DNA of 39,190 nt from a virus. A program made the position numbers and the translations under genes. The notes under the pieces are model-generated. The model was given only the letters and a program-made list of their open reading frames with translations. It searched no databases and was not told the DNA's origin. Positions 24,073-32,004 of the stretch are shown here, piece by piece. The first letter of the stretch is position 1. Each line of letters starts with the position of its first letter. The stretch lies in the IMG/VR virus record IMGVR_UViG_3300034141_000061, positions 1 to 39,190 of that record; one strand, given 5' to 3'.

Positions 24073-24387
24073 ATGAGCAGCCTGACCCCTGAGACACCCA
24101 CAGCGCAGCGCCGGATCAGCGGAGAGACGGCTTACCGTGCCCTAAAGATCGTCGGGCTGTTCGCGGGCGTGGCTGCGCTGGTGGCGATTGCGTTGCAGCT
24201 GGGCGAACTCAACCGGACCGTCGGGTATCTGGCGCACGACGAGACGCTGAGCAGTGTCGCCGGGCATCTGGAGGGAATAGAAGGCTCGCTGAAAGCGCAG
24301 GAACACCCAGCCCCCGACCTGCGAGCCTCAGCAGCAGAGCGGTCGATGATCGAGGAGCTGTTCCGCGAGGGCGGGGCCGCGCGCTAG
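24073..24387 (+). CDS. Small membrane protein (104 aa), convergent with the repressor gene
   Basis: ATG 24073 (the track start is TTG 24031). It has one clear TM segment, IVGLFAGVAALVAIALQLG. GC3 is moderately high and no good SD is present. Confidence 0.5.
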   Translation: MSSLTPETPTAQRRISGETAYRALKIVGLFAGVAALVAIALQLGELNRTVGYLAHDETLSSVAGHLEGIEGSLKAQEHPAPDLRASAAERSMIEELFREGGAAR

Positions 24388-24393
24388 GCCGGG

Positions 24394-25122
24394 TTATTCG
24401 CCCCTGAGGCCGATCGCATAGACGCCTGCGACGTCGGCCAGCGGGTACTTCAGCTGGCGCTCTTCTGGCCAAAGCTCGGTGACGGTCAGCGTTTCGTCGT
24501 CGTAGTGCTCGAACCGCTTCACCAGCTTCGATCCGTCCTTCATCTCAATGACGCAGCCCTGTCCGCGCCGCGGCGGATGGTTCGGGTTGTAGGTGACGAA
24601 CCCGCCGCTCTCAGCGTAAGGGTACATCGACATGCCGCCCAGCCGCAGGATCCGCGTGCCGTTGGCGAAGTAGCGGGCCAGATCGATGACCTCGCCCGCC
24701 TCTTCATCGTTGATTTCCGGCCGCAGGGCTCCGCCATGGGCAACCCCGCCGCTGGGAAGCTGATAGGCAGCAGCGAATGGGCGAGCTCGGGCTGACAGGC
24801 CGCGCGAGACGCCGCGGTCGCCTTCGTCGGCAGGGATGCGGCTCAGCTCGAAATCGAAGGCTTCACGGCTGGCCCCCAAGGCGGTCAGGAGCTTGTCCAG
24901 TTTAGGGTCGCTGAAGTTGCGGTCGCCGTTCTCGTAGTTCTGCCAGGCCTTGTAGCTGCTGAAGCCGGCGGCCTCAGCGGCAGCCGTCTGGCTGAGGCCC
25001 AAGCGGCCGCGCAACGCCTTCAGCGCCAGCCCCTTGCGCTGACGGTCGGCGGCCTCGCGATCCCGGAACCCGTTCATTCGGGGGTTGGGCCACGACTCGG
25101 TTCTGATTGCTACCAGCGACAT
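24394..25122 (-). CDS. CI-like repressor: XRE-type HTH plus S24 (LexA-like) autopeptidase domain
   Basis: 242 aa from ATG 25122 with GAGG 6 nt upstream (GTG 25128 is also possible). The HTH is LRGRLGLSQTAAAEAAGFSSYKAWQNYENG. The S24 Ser motif is GGMSMYPY (Ser codon 24628-24630) and the Lys is in SKLVKRF. The gene is divergent from a Cro-like gene. Confidence 0.85.
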   Translation of the reverse strand: MSLVAIRTESWPNPRMNGFRDREAADRQRKGLALKALRGRLGLSQTAAAEAAGFSSYKAWQNYENGDRNFSDPKLDKLLTALGASREAFDFELSRIPADEGDRGVSRGLSARARPFAAAYQLPSGGVAHGGALRPEINDEEAGEVIDLARYFANGTRILRLGGMSMYPYAESGGFVTYNPNHPPRRGQGCVIEMKDGSKLVKRFEHYDDETLTVTELWPEERQLKYPLADVAGVYAIGLRGE

Positions 25123-25149
25123 ATCCACCCTCGCCGTAGCATGGACCTG

Positions 25150-25177
25150 TTGACTTTACCAACAAATCACCAACGAA
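25150..25177 (+). promoter_or_regulatory. Rightward early promoter/operator candidate: TTGACtttACCAACAAAtcACCAACGAA
   Basis: Lies in the 88-nt cI/cro-like intergenic region. It carries TTGAC, the inverted repeat TGTTG-N7-CAACA, and direct repeats ACCAACAAA / ACCAACGAA 11 bp apart. It shares 17 of 22 positions with 23993..24014. Confidence 0.5.
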
Positions 25178-25210
25178 CAGGGAGTCGGCAAACCAAACGG
25201 AAGTGACCGT

Positions 25211-25480
25211 GTGACCGACGCAGCCCTGACCCCGCATCCCCGCCCAGCCTTTGACGGCTGGCTGACGCTTCACCGCAAGGATTACGCTTGGGCGGCGGAG
25301 CAGCTGGGCCGCACGCGCGAGTATGTCCGGCTGATCTGCCTGCCGTTCGATGACGACAACAGGCGCGACCCGAGCGGCACGCTGGTGCGGGCGATCATCC
25401 GCCTGACCAACGGCGCGGTGCGGGCGGACGACTGGCATCCGCCGGTGGCGGAGATCCTGAGCCGCCGGGAGGCCGCGTGA
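25211..25480 (+). CDS. Cro/YdaS-like HTH protein candidate
   Basis: 89 aa with a GTG start, divergent from the CI-like gene. WAAEQLGRTREYVRLICL ... LVRAIIRLTNGAVRADDWHPP resembles Cro/YdaS-type regulators. Confidence 0.55.
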   Translation: MTDAALTPHPRPAFDGWLTLHRKDYAWAAEQLGRTREYVRLICLPFDDDNRRDPSGTLVRAIIRLTNGAVRADDWHPPVAEILSRREAA

Positions 25481-25692
25481 TGCTGCGCGGGCGGGACCTG
25501 AGGGCCTTGAAGGAGGCGCGCCGTGCCAAGGCGCGGGCGAAGTCCGCCGCCCGTCGTCCGCTGCGCCTGAGCGCCAGCGCCCAAGCGGCCGTGATCGAGA
25601 AGCTGAGCGAGGAATTCGACCTGCTGTGCCGCGGCGAGCCGTCCGGGCACGACGTCGAGGCCGCGCTGCGCGAGGCGGAGGCGGCGGCATGA
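25477..25692 (+). CDS. Hypothetical protein (71 aa)
   Basis: Overlapping start and stop with both neighbours; basic N-terminus. Confidence 0.55.
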   Translation: MMLRGRDLRALKEARRAKARAKSAARRPLRLSASAQAAVIEKLSEEFDLLCRGEPSGHDVEAALREAEAAA

Positions 25693-26066
25693 GCCACAAC
25701 CCGACCATGACCAGCGGCGAGCGGGTGCTGTGGCGCATCGCCTGCCAGGCCGCGTTCGACGCCGCGCGGGCACCGGAGGTCGAGGCGCGGGCCAAGTCGC
25801 TGAAGAAGGCGCTGGCCGGGGCGGGCGACTGGCGGATGCCGGACCTGCGCTCCCTGCCCTGCGCCTGTTTCCGGGCCTTCTACATCGTGGCCAAGGGTTT
25901 CGCGCTGGAGGCGGACCCCGCGTTGCGGGCGCAGCTGGCGCCGAAGCTGGAGGCCTTGGCCGACGCCGCCGGAGACATGCTGGACGGGCTGGGTCTGCCG
26001 GCGACCGCGGCGCCAGGGGAGGACCCGCCGCTGCCGCTGTGGACCGAGCGGAAGGACCTGTCATGA
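25689..26066 (+). CDS. Hypothetical protein (125 aa)
   Basis: ATG 25689 forms an ATGA overlap; high GC3. Confidence 0.6.
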   Translation: MSHNPTMTSGERVLWRIACQAAFDAARAPEVEARAKSLKKALAGAGDWRMPDLRSLPCACFRAFYIVAKGFALEADPALRAQLAPKLEALADAAGDMLDGLGLPATAAPGEDPPLPLWTERKDLS

Positions 26067-26227
26067 GCCCGCCCGACGAAGCGCGGCTGCGCGCCTGGCT
26101 GGAATATGTCGCCGACACCGCGATCGAGATGCTGGACGCGCTCGATGCGGCCATGTCCGACCACGAGCCGGACGGCGAGGACGAGGTGGTCTGCGCCGAG
26201 GACACGGGCCGGAGGCTGCGCGCATGA
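26063..26227 (+). CDS. Hypothetical acidic protein (54 aa)
   Basis: ATGA overlaps on both sides; in frame inside track ORF 25730..26227. Confidence 0.5.
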   Translation: MSPPDEARLRAWLEYVADTAIEMLDALDAAMSDHEPDGEDEVVCAEDTGRRLRA

Positions 26228-26931
26228 CCGCGCTGGCCCTCGCTCGCATCCCTGCCCTGCCGCCGGTCACGCCGCGCGTCGGTTCGCCCCGCCGGGCCGC
26301 GATCCTGACCGCGCTGGCCGCGGCTGCCGTGCGCGACGGCAACCTGAAGGCGGTGCTGGTGCTGGCCCGCACCGGGCGGCCCCGCAGCCTGTTCACTTGC
26401 GCCGGCGGTTTCCGCTGGCTGGCGATGGCGGGGCTGAAGGCGGTCTATCCCGACGCCAACGACGCGGCCCTGAGGGCTGCGCTGGGCTGCCGGCCGTCAC
26501 GGGACAACCGGCCGCGCGCGGCGCTGCGCGAAATCTGGCCGGATGACGCGGTCGAGGCTGTGGCGCGGGCCGTGGTGGAGAACGAGGACGCCCAGCTGAC
26601 GGCGAGCTGGGTCTGGCCCGAGGCCTGCGCCATCGCCGCGGCCCACACCGGCGCCCCGGTCCAGGCGGTGCAGACGCCGCCGGGCACGCGGGGATGCCAG
26701 CCGCACGCGATCAGCAGCGCGCGGAAGCTGGCCGTGTACCTGACGATGACCGAGGGCGACGTGAACGCCACGGCCATGGCGGCCGCGACCGGCTTGGACA
26801 AGTCGACGGTGCGGCACGCCGTCGACCAGCTGGCCGACCGGCGGGACGACGATCCACAGCTGGACGAGACGCTGGAGACTCTGACGACGCAGCTGCGCCA
26901 GCGGCTGGACGAGGATCTGGGCCAGTGGTGA
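26224..26931 (+). CDS. Replication-initiation candidate with DnaA domain IV-like C-terminal HTH
   Basis: 235 aa. PHAISSARKLAVYLTMTEGDVNATAMAAATGLDKSTVRHAVDQLADRRDDDPQLDETLETL runs parallel to the E. coli DnaA C-terminus ([47 protein letters not shown]...). It heads the replication module. Confidence 0.55.
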   Translation: MTALALARIPALPPVTPRVGSPRRAAILTALAAAAVRDGNLKAVLVLARTGRPRSLFTCAGGFRWLAMAGLKAVYPDANDAALRAALGCRPSRDNRPRAALREIWPDDAVEAVARAVVENEDAQLTASWVWPEACAIAAAHTGAPVQAVQTPPGTRGCQPHAISSARKLAVYLTMTEGDVNATAMAAATGLDKSTVRHAVDQLADRRDDDPQLDETLETLTTQLRQRLDEDLGQW

Positions 26932-27845
26932 CCGATCCGTTCATTATCGACGGGCCGTGCCTTTGGTCCTTCAGCGGCGGCCGGACGTCGGCTTACATGC
27001 TGTGGCGCGCGCTTCAGGCCTATGGGGGCCAGCTTCCCAGCGATCATGTCGTCGCCTTTGCGAACACTGGGCGCGAGCACGACGAAACCCTGAAGTTCGT
27101 GGATCGCTGCGCAACCCACTTCGGCATCAACGTTGTTTGGCTGGAAGCGGTCACCCGCCACAATCAGCGCGCCTCGTCCGGTCACCGCATCGTTTCGTTC
27201 GAAACAGCATCGCGCGCCGGCGAGCCGTTCGAGCAGATGATCCAGAAGTACGGGATCCCGAACAAGTCGTTCCTCCACTGCACGCGAGAGCTCAAGGCGA
27301 ACGCGATCAAGTCCTATCTACAGGATGGCCTTGGTTGGCTGCCGAACTCCTACAAGACCCTCATAGGCATCCGCGCGGATGAAGCTGACCGGGCAACGAA
27401 TGGTGCGGCGGGCGTAGAATACCCGCTGGTTAGAGCTTGGGTTCGGAAAGCGGATGTCTACAGCTTCTGGAAACGGCAGCCCTTCGATCTTTATATCCCC
27501 GAGGAGCTTGGCAACTGCCTCGACTGTCACAAGAAGTCGTTCCGCAAGCTGCTGACGATCGCCGCGCGTCAGCCAGAAGTGTTCGACTGGAGCCGGCGAA
27601 TGGAGGCCCAGTACGGGCTTGTCGGAGCCGAATTCCGAAAGCTTGAGCGCCCGGCCGCTGGCTATCGTCGCGTGTTCTTCCGCAATGGCATGTCGGCTGA
27701 CGACATTGTCGCCCGTGCCAAGCTTCCCTTCGAACCTTTCGTCGACGGGCGGCAGGCCTACGACCCTGATATGGACAGCAGCGGCGGCGCTTGCGGGGAA
27801 GAGAGCTGCGAGATTGACGATCTTTTCTCAGGGGCAGCGGCATGA
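26928..27845 (+). CDS. PAPS-reductase-family (PP-loop ATP pyrophosphatase) protein
   Basis: About 305 aa from GTG 26928 (or GTG 26925). PP-loop motif SFSGGRTS at about 26967-26990. C-terminal Cys pairs are NCLDCHKKS and CGEESC. A/T-ending codons are visibly more frequent than in flanking genes. Confidence 0.7.
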   Translation: MTDPFIIDGPCLWSFSGGRTSAYMLWRALQAYGGQLPSDHVVAFANTGREHDETLKFVDRCATHFGINVVWLEAVTRHNQRASSGHRIVSFETASRAGEPFEQMIQKYGIPNKSFLHCTRELKANAIKSYLQDGLGWLPNSYKTLIGIRADEADRATNGAAGVEYPLVRAWVRKADVYSFWKRQPFDLYIPEELGNCLDCHKKSFRKLLTIAARQPEVFDWSRRMEAQYGLVGAEFRKLERPAAGYRRVFFRNGMSADDIVARAKLPFEPFVDGRQAYDPDMDSSGGACGEESCEIDDLFSGAAA

Positions 27846-28960
27846 CCGACCCCCGGCCCCTCCCCTATGCCTGGGACGACGTGAAGGAGCGGCTGCGCAT
27901 CAGCCTGCCCGACGTCGTCGCGCGGCTGGGCCTGACCTACGCCCAGCGCGACAGCGCGCCGGTGTGGTTTCCGCTGAACCCGACCCGCAACGACAAGAAC
28001 CCCGGCAGCTTCTGCATCTGGAGCGGGACCGGCAACTTCAAGGAGTTCGCGGGCCTGCCTGCCAGCGGCGACGTGTTCGACCTGATCGCCTATGTCGAAG
28101 GCCTGCACGGCAAGATGGACGCCTACTGGCGGGCTCTGGAGCTGCTGGGGCTGGGCCGCGGCGAGGTGCGCACCAAGAGCCAGGACCTGCAGGCGCGCGA
28201 GCGGGCGGCGAAGGACGCGGCGGCGCGGGCGGCGAAGAACACGGCGGCGGCCGAGGCCGAAAGCCGCAAGCTGTTCGGCCTGTGGCTGGGCCTGCCGCCG
28301 ATCGCGGGGACGCCGGCGGAGCACTACCTGCGCGGGGTGCGCAGCCTGCCGATGGAGCGGCTGGCGCATCAGCCCGGGGCCCTGCGCTGGGCCCGGTCGG
28401 TCGAGTGGATCGACGGCGAGACCGGCGAGGTGATCGAGTGGCGCAACTGCATGGTCAGCGCCATGACGCGCGGCAAGGTGCTGACGGCCGTGCACCGGAC
28501 CTTCCTGAACGCCGACGGCACCGGCCCCGATCCCCGCCGCAAGGCCCAGGGCAAGCACAAGACGATGAAGGGCGACCCGAAGGGCGCCGCGATCCGCCTG
28601 AGCGCCGGGCCCAGCGGCCTGAGCCCGACCATGGCCGAGAAGAAGGGCCGCACGGATCCGCTGGCCATCGGCGAGGGGATCGAGACCAGCCTGTCGGTCG
28701 CCTGCGCCCGGCCGGATTACCGCGTGTGGGCGGCGGGTTCGCTGAGCCTGATGGGCCTGCTGGACTGGCCGGCGTGCGCGTCGGCCGTGGTGCTGCTGCG
28801 CGACAACGACTGGAACAAGCCCGCAGCGCAGGCGGCGTTCGACCAGGTGGAGCGCCATTGGCGGGCGCAGGCGCGGGGCCGGCCGGTGGTGGTCGCGGCG
28901 CCGCCGGCCGACGTGGACGATTTCAACAGCTGGGTGATGCAGGGGATGGCCCGTGTCTAG
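27842..28960 (+). CDS. Toprim-domain DNA primase
   Basis: 372 aa. The Toprim Glu motif is AIGEGIETSLSV (about 28669-28700) with DxD in VLLRDNDWN (about 28795-28812). ATGA overlap with the upstream gene. Confidence 0.7.
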   Translation: MTDPRPLPYAWDDVKERLRISLPDVVARLGLTYAQRDSAPVWFPLNPTRNDKNPGSFCIWSGTGNFKEFAGLPASGDVFDLIAYVEGLHGKMDAYWRALELLGLGRGEVRTKSQDLQARERAAKDAAARAAKNTAAAEAESRKLFGLWLGLPPIAGTPAEHYLRGVRSLPMERLAHQPGALRWARSVEWIDGETGEVIEWRNCMVSAMTRGKVLTAVHRTFLNADGTGPDPRRKAQGKHKTMKGDPKGAAIRLSAGPSGLSPTMAEKKGRTDPLAIGEGIETSLSVACARPDYRVWAAGSLSLMGLLDWPACASAVVLLRDNDWNKPAAQAAFDQVERHWRAQARGRPVVVAAPPADVDDFNSWVMQGMARV

Positions 28961-29210
28961 CGCCCTGCGACTGACGAAGACGATGCGCGAGCAAATCGCC
29001 GCCATCCGCGAGGTGCTGAGCCCCTGGGGGCTGGGCACCGCCATACTGAACGAGGGGCCGCACCTGGTGGTGAAGGTCTTCGACCGGCAGGGCCACGGCC
29101 ACCGCCTGACGATCGCCTGCACGCCGAAATGCCGGGGCAGCGCCGCCAACAAGTCCAGATCGGCCGCGCGTCGGCTTCTGCGGTTTCTGAACGAGAGGGA
29201 CGGGTATTGA
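28953..29210 (+). CDS. Hypothetical protein (85 aa)
   Basis: The GTG start overlaps the primase 3' end by 8 nt; high GC3. Confidence 0.5.
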   Translation: MSSALRLTKTMREQIAAIREVLSPWGLGTAILNEGPHLVVKVFDRQGHGHRLTIACTPKCRGSAANKSRSAARRLLRFLNERDGY

Positions 29211-31150
29211 GTATCGACCCGATCAACGCCATCGCCAACGCCCTGCCCACGTTCGAGGACGAGGACGAGCAGGTGCGCGACCTAACGCTGCGCCAGCAGG
29301 CGCAGCTGGACCCGCCAATGGGCGGGCCGATGAACCTGGCCGTCGGCGACGACCCCGAAGACATGGTGGAGCCGGGGGAATGGCGCGACCGGCATCTGAG
29401 CTATCCCACCAGCCTGCCGCTGAACTGCCCGGTGACGCCGTTGGGCAAGCTGGCGACCCTGTCGGGCACGACGTACTTCTTCCTCGACACCTTGGGCGAG
29501 GTGGCGGTGCTGGCGGAGAACGCCGGCAAGGGGAATATCGCCAGCCTGTTCTCTGGCCGCCCGAACTTCCTGCCTTGGGCATGGCCGCGGCGCGGCAAGG
29601 TCGGCAAGGGCTGGGGCGTGACGGGCTGGGACGCAGACGTGTCGCGCAACGACCTGTTCGCGGCCTGCGCCTATATGGGGACGTTCGAGCTGGAGGACCG
29701 CGTGCGCGGCCGCGGCGCGTGGCGGGACGAAGCGGGCGGCCTGATCTATCACGCCGGCGACGCCATCCTGATCGAGGGCAAGTGGCGCCCGCCGGGTGCG
29801 CATGGGCGCTTCATCTATCCGGGGCGGCCCAAGATCGGGCGGCCGGTGCGCAAATACGAGGAGCAGGGCGAGGGCTCGCCCGGCGACGTGTTGTTCCAGG
29901 GCCTGCAATCGTGGACATGGGAGCGCCCGCAGCTGGATCCGCGACTGGCGCTGGGCTGGGTCATGTCGGCGATGGTCGGCGGCGCGCTGGAGCAGCGGCC
30001 GGTGGCCTATGTCGTCGGGACCGAGGGCGCCGGCAAGTCGACGCTGCAGAAGCTGTTCCGCCTGCTGATGAACGGAGCGCTGCTGGCGACGTCGAACACG
30101 ACGCAGGCTGGCATATATCAGAAGGTCAAGCAGGACAGCGTGGCGGTGTTGGTCGACGAAATGGAGGCCAAGGAGGACACGCGGACGACGGACAAGATCC
30201 TGGAACTGGCGCGCGTCGCCTACTCTGGCGACAAGATGCAGCGCGGCGGCAAGGACGGCGTTGGGCAGGAATTCAGCGTCAACTCCAGCTTCCTCATGTC
30301 CTCGATCGCCATGCCGCCCGTCGACGCCCAGGACGCCAGCCGCATGGCCGTGCTGATGCTGCGAGAGCGGGTGAAGGCCGCAACGGTCGATGGCGTGCGC
30401 CCGGCCGACGTGCTGACGACGCTGGGGCTGAAGGACGGCAAGAAGGTCAGCGACATCGGTCGCCAGCTGCTGAGGCGGCTGGTCGGCTGGTTCGAGATCG
30501 AGAGCGGCCGGCCGCGCTGGGATGCGCTGATCGACGCCTTCAGGCTGGCGCTGATCGACAGCGGGCACTCCGACCGGGCTGCGGACACGTTCGGCACTCT
30601 GGCAGCCGGCTATCACGCCGCCATGCGGGACGTCATGCCGGAGAAGGCCGAACTGGACGAATGGATGGCGCTGCTGAAGCCCAGCACGCTGATCGAGACC
30701 AGCGGCCGCGAGAAGACCTGGCGGCGGTGCTTCATCCACATGCTGGACGCGCAGCCGGACGCGCTGCGCACCTTCGCCAAGAAATCCGCGGGCGAGGCGC
30801 TGCTGAACTTCAAGAACAGCCCTCAGAGCAGCGAGGACGTGAACTTCATCCTGAAAATGTGCGGGCTGTCGGTTAGCTGGCCGAAGAACGAGGTGGAGAC
30901 CTGGGCCAACGCCCGCCTGTTCGTCCCCGCCAAGCACCCGATGCTGAACAGCCTGTTCGCCGGCACGCCCTGGGCCGGACGGATGGGCGCGCCCGGACCC
31001 TGGCTGGGGGTGCTGCGCCAGATGCCGAAGCACCTGTGGGAGCCGGGCAAGTGCGGCAAGGGCCTAGACAGCAAGGCCAGCGGTATCTTCATCAGCGTGG
31101 CCGAGGCGCTGGACTGGGACGACGCCGAGGCCCTGCCGATCGCGGCGTGA
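29207..31150 (+). CDS. SF3-type (P4/D5-like) replicative helicase
   Basis: About 647 aa from TTG 29207 with GAGAGGGA upstream; the start is uncertain and the track start is 29129. Walker A is VGTEGAGKSTL (about 30015-30047) and Walker B is AVLVDEME. Confidence 0.7.
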   Translation: MSIDPINAIANALPTFEDEDEQVRDLTLRQQAQLDPPMGGPMNLAVGDDPEDMVEPGEWRDRHLSYPTSLPLNCPVTPLGKLATLSGTTYFFLDTLGEVAVLAENAGKGNIASLFSGRPNFLPWAWPRRGKVGKGWGVTGWDADVSRNDLFAACAYMGTFELEDRVRGRGAWRDEAGGLIYHAGDAILIEGKWRPPGAHGRFIYPGRPKIGRPVRKYEEQGEGSPGDVLFQGLQSWTWERPQLDPRLALGWVMSAMVGGALEQRPVAYVVGTEGAGKSTLQKLFRLLMNGALLATSNTTQAGIYQKVKQDSVAVLVDEMEAKEDTRTTDKILELARVAYSGDKMQRGGKDGVGQEFSVNSSFLMSSIAMPPVDAQDASRMAVLMLRERVKAATVDGVRPADVLTTLGLKDGKKVSDIGRQLLRRLVGWFEIESGRPRWDALIDAFRLALIDSGHSDRAADTFGTLAAGYHAAMRDVMPEKAELDEWMALLKPSTLIETSGREKTWRRCFIHMLDAQPDALRTFAKKSAGEALLNFKNSPQSSEDVNFILKMCGLSVSWPKNEVETWANARLFVPAKHPMLNSLFAGTPWAGRMGAPGPWLGVLRQMPKHLWEPGKCGKGLDSKASGIFISVAEALDWDDAEALPIAA

Positions 31151-31154
31151 TGCG

Positions 31155-31487
31155 ATGCCGGTGAGGCCGGAGAACAGGGCGCGATACCCGGCCGACTGGC
31201 CGGCGATCGCCCTGGCCGTGAAGGAGCGCGCCGGCTGGCGGTGCGAGGGCTCGCCTGCCTACCCTGACTGCCGCGCCGGCCACGGCCACTCGCACCCGGT
31301 GACGGGGTCTCGCGTCGTCCTGACGGCCGCGCACCTCGACCAGCAGCCCGAAAACTGCGCCGACGAGAACCTGCGCAGCTGGTGTCAGCGCTGCCACAAC
31401 ATCTATGACGCGCCGTTCAGGGCTGCGGGGCGCAGAGAACGCCGTCAGGCCCTGATCCACGCCCAAGGCGCGCCAGCGCCCCTCTAA
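31155..31487 (+). CDS. HNH endonuclease
   Basis: 110 aa. The pattern CEG ... C ... AHLDQQPENCADENLRSWCQRCHNIYD is an HNH/Cys-box pattern. The gene is located just upstream of the terminase genes. Confidence 0.8.
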   Translation: MPVRPENRARYPADWPAIALAVKERAGWRCEGSPAYPDCRAGHGHSHPVTGSRVVLTAAHLDQQPENCADENLRSWCQRCHNIYDAPFRAAGRRERRQALIHAQGAPAPL

Positions 31488-31746
31488 CAACAGGACGGCC
31501 CTGCCTGCGCCAGCAGGCTGGGCTGGACGCATCGCCGACTAGGCGATGACCTTCGCCCTTAGCGCGCCACGGCGCGCGCCTGCGCAGCGCCCGCAGGGCG
31601 CGGTGCGCGCAGGCACAGCATCACCTTCAGAACGCCACCCTGACCCGGACCCAAGGCGCTCCAGATGGCCCTCCGTCCATCCCCGACCCGAGCCCGGTTA
31701 GCGAGGATATGGGCGCTGCGCAGGGTCGGGGGAGACCAGGCGACAG

Positions 31747-31984
31747 GGTTCCACGGTTCCGCTGACGGTTCCGGGGAAAGCCCAGCCCGATCATCAACAT
31801 GGCCGAACGTGGAACCGTGGAACCGGTGGAACCGTGCTGCGCCGCTCCATGCGCGAGCAGCAGGGCCGGTTCTCCTACATAGGCGAGGACTAGATGGTTC
31901 CATGGGTTCTATGGTTCCACCCCTGCCGCTGGGCCCGATATCATTGAATATGGGCTGGAACCGCCTCTGGAACTCCGAAGAACC
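31747..31984. repeat. Iteron field: two tandem modules, each with 3 x GGTTCC(AC), a GCCCGAT(AT)CAT-type spacer, then 3 x (GT)GGAACC in inverted orientation
   Basis: GGTTCC at 31747, 31755, 31767. GGAACC at 31811, 31819, 31828. GGTTCC/GGTTCT at 31896, 31905, 31913. GGAACC/GGAACT/AGAACC at 31957, 31969, 31979. Related spacers are at 31785-31802 and 31933-31953, the second AT-rich. The region is non-coding. Confidence 0.85.
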
Positions 31985-32004
31985 CAATAAACTAGGGTCT
32001 GAAA

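Noticed and set aside
25121-25129. DnaA-box-like ATATCCACC at the cI start
   Set aside because: It is a single 7/9 match lying within the start of the repressor gene, which is not distinguishable from chance.
31747-31984. Possible CRISPR array
   Set aside because: The repeat units are only 6-8 bp, occur in both orientations, and have no spacer-sized unique intervals. No cas genes are present.
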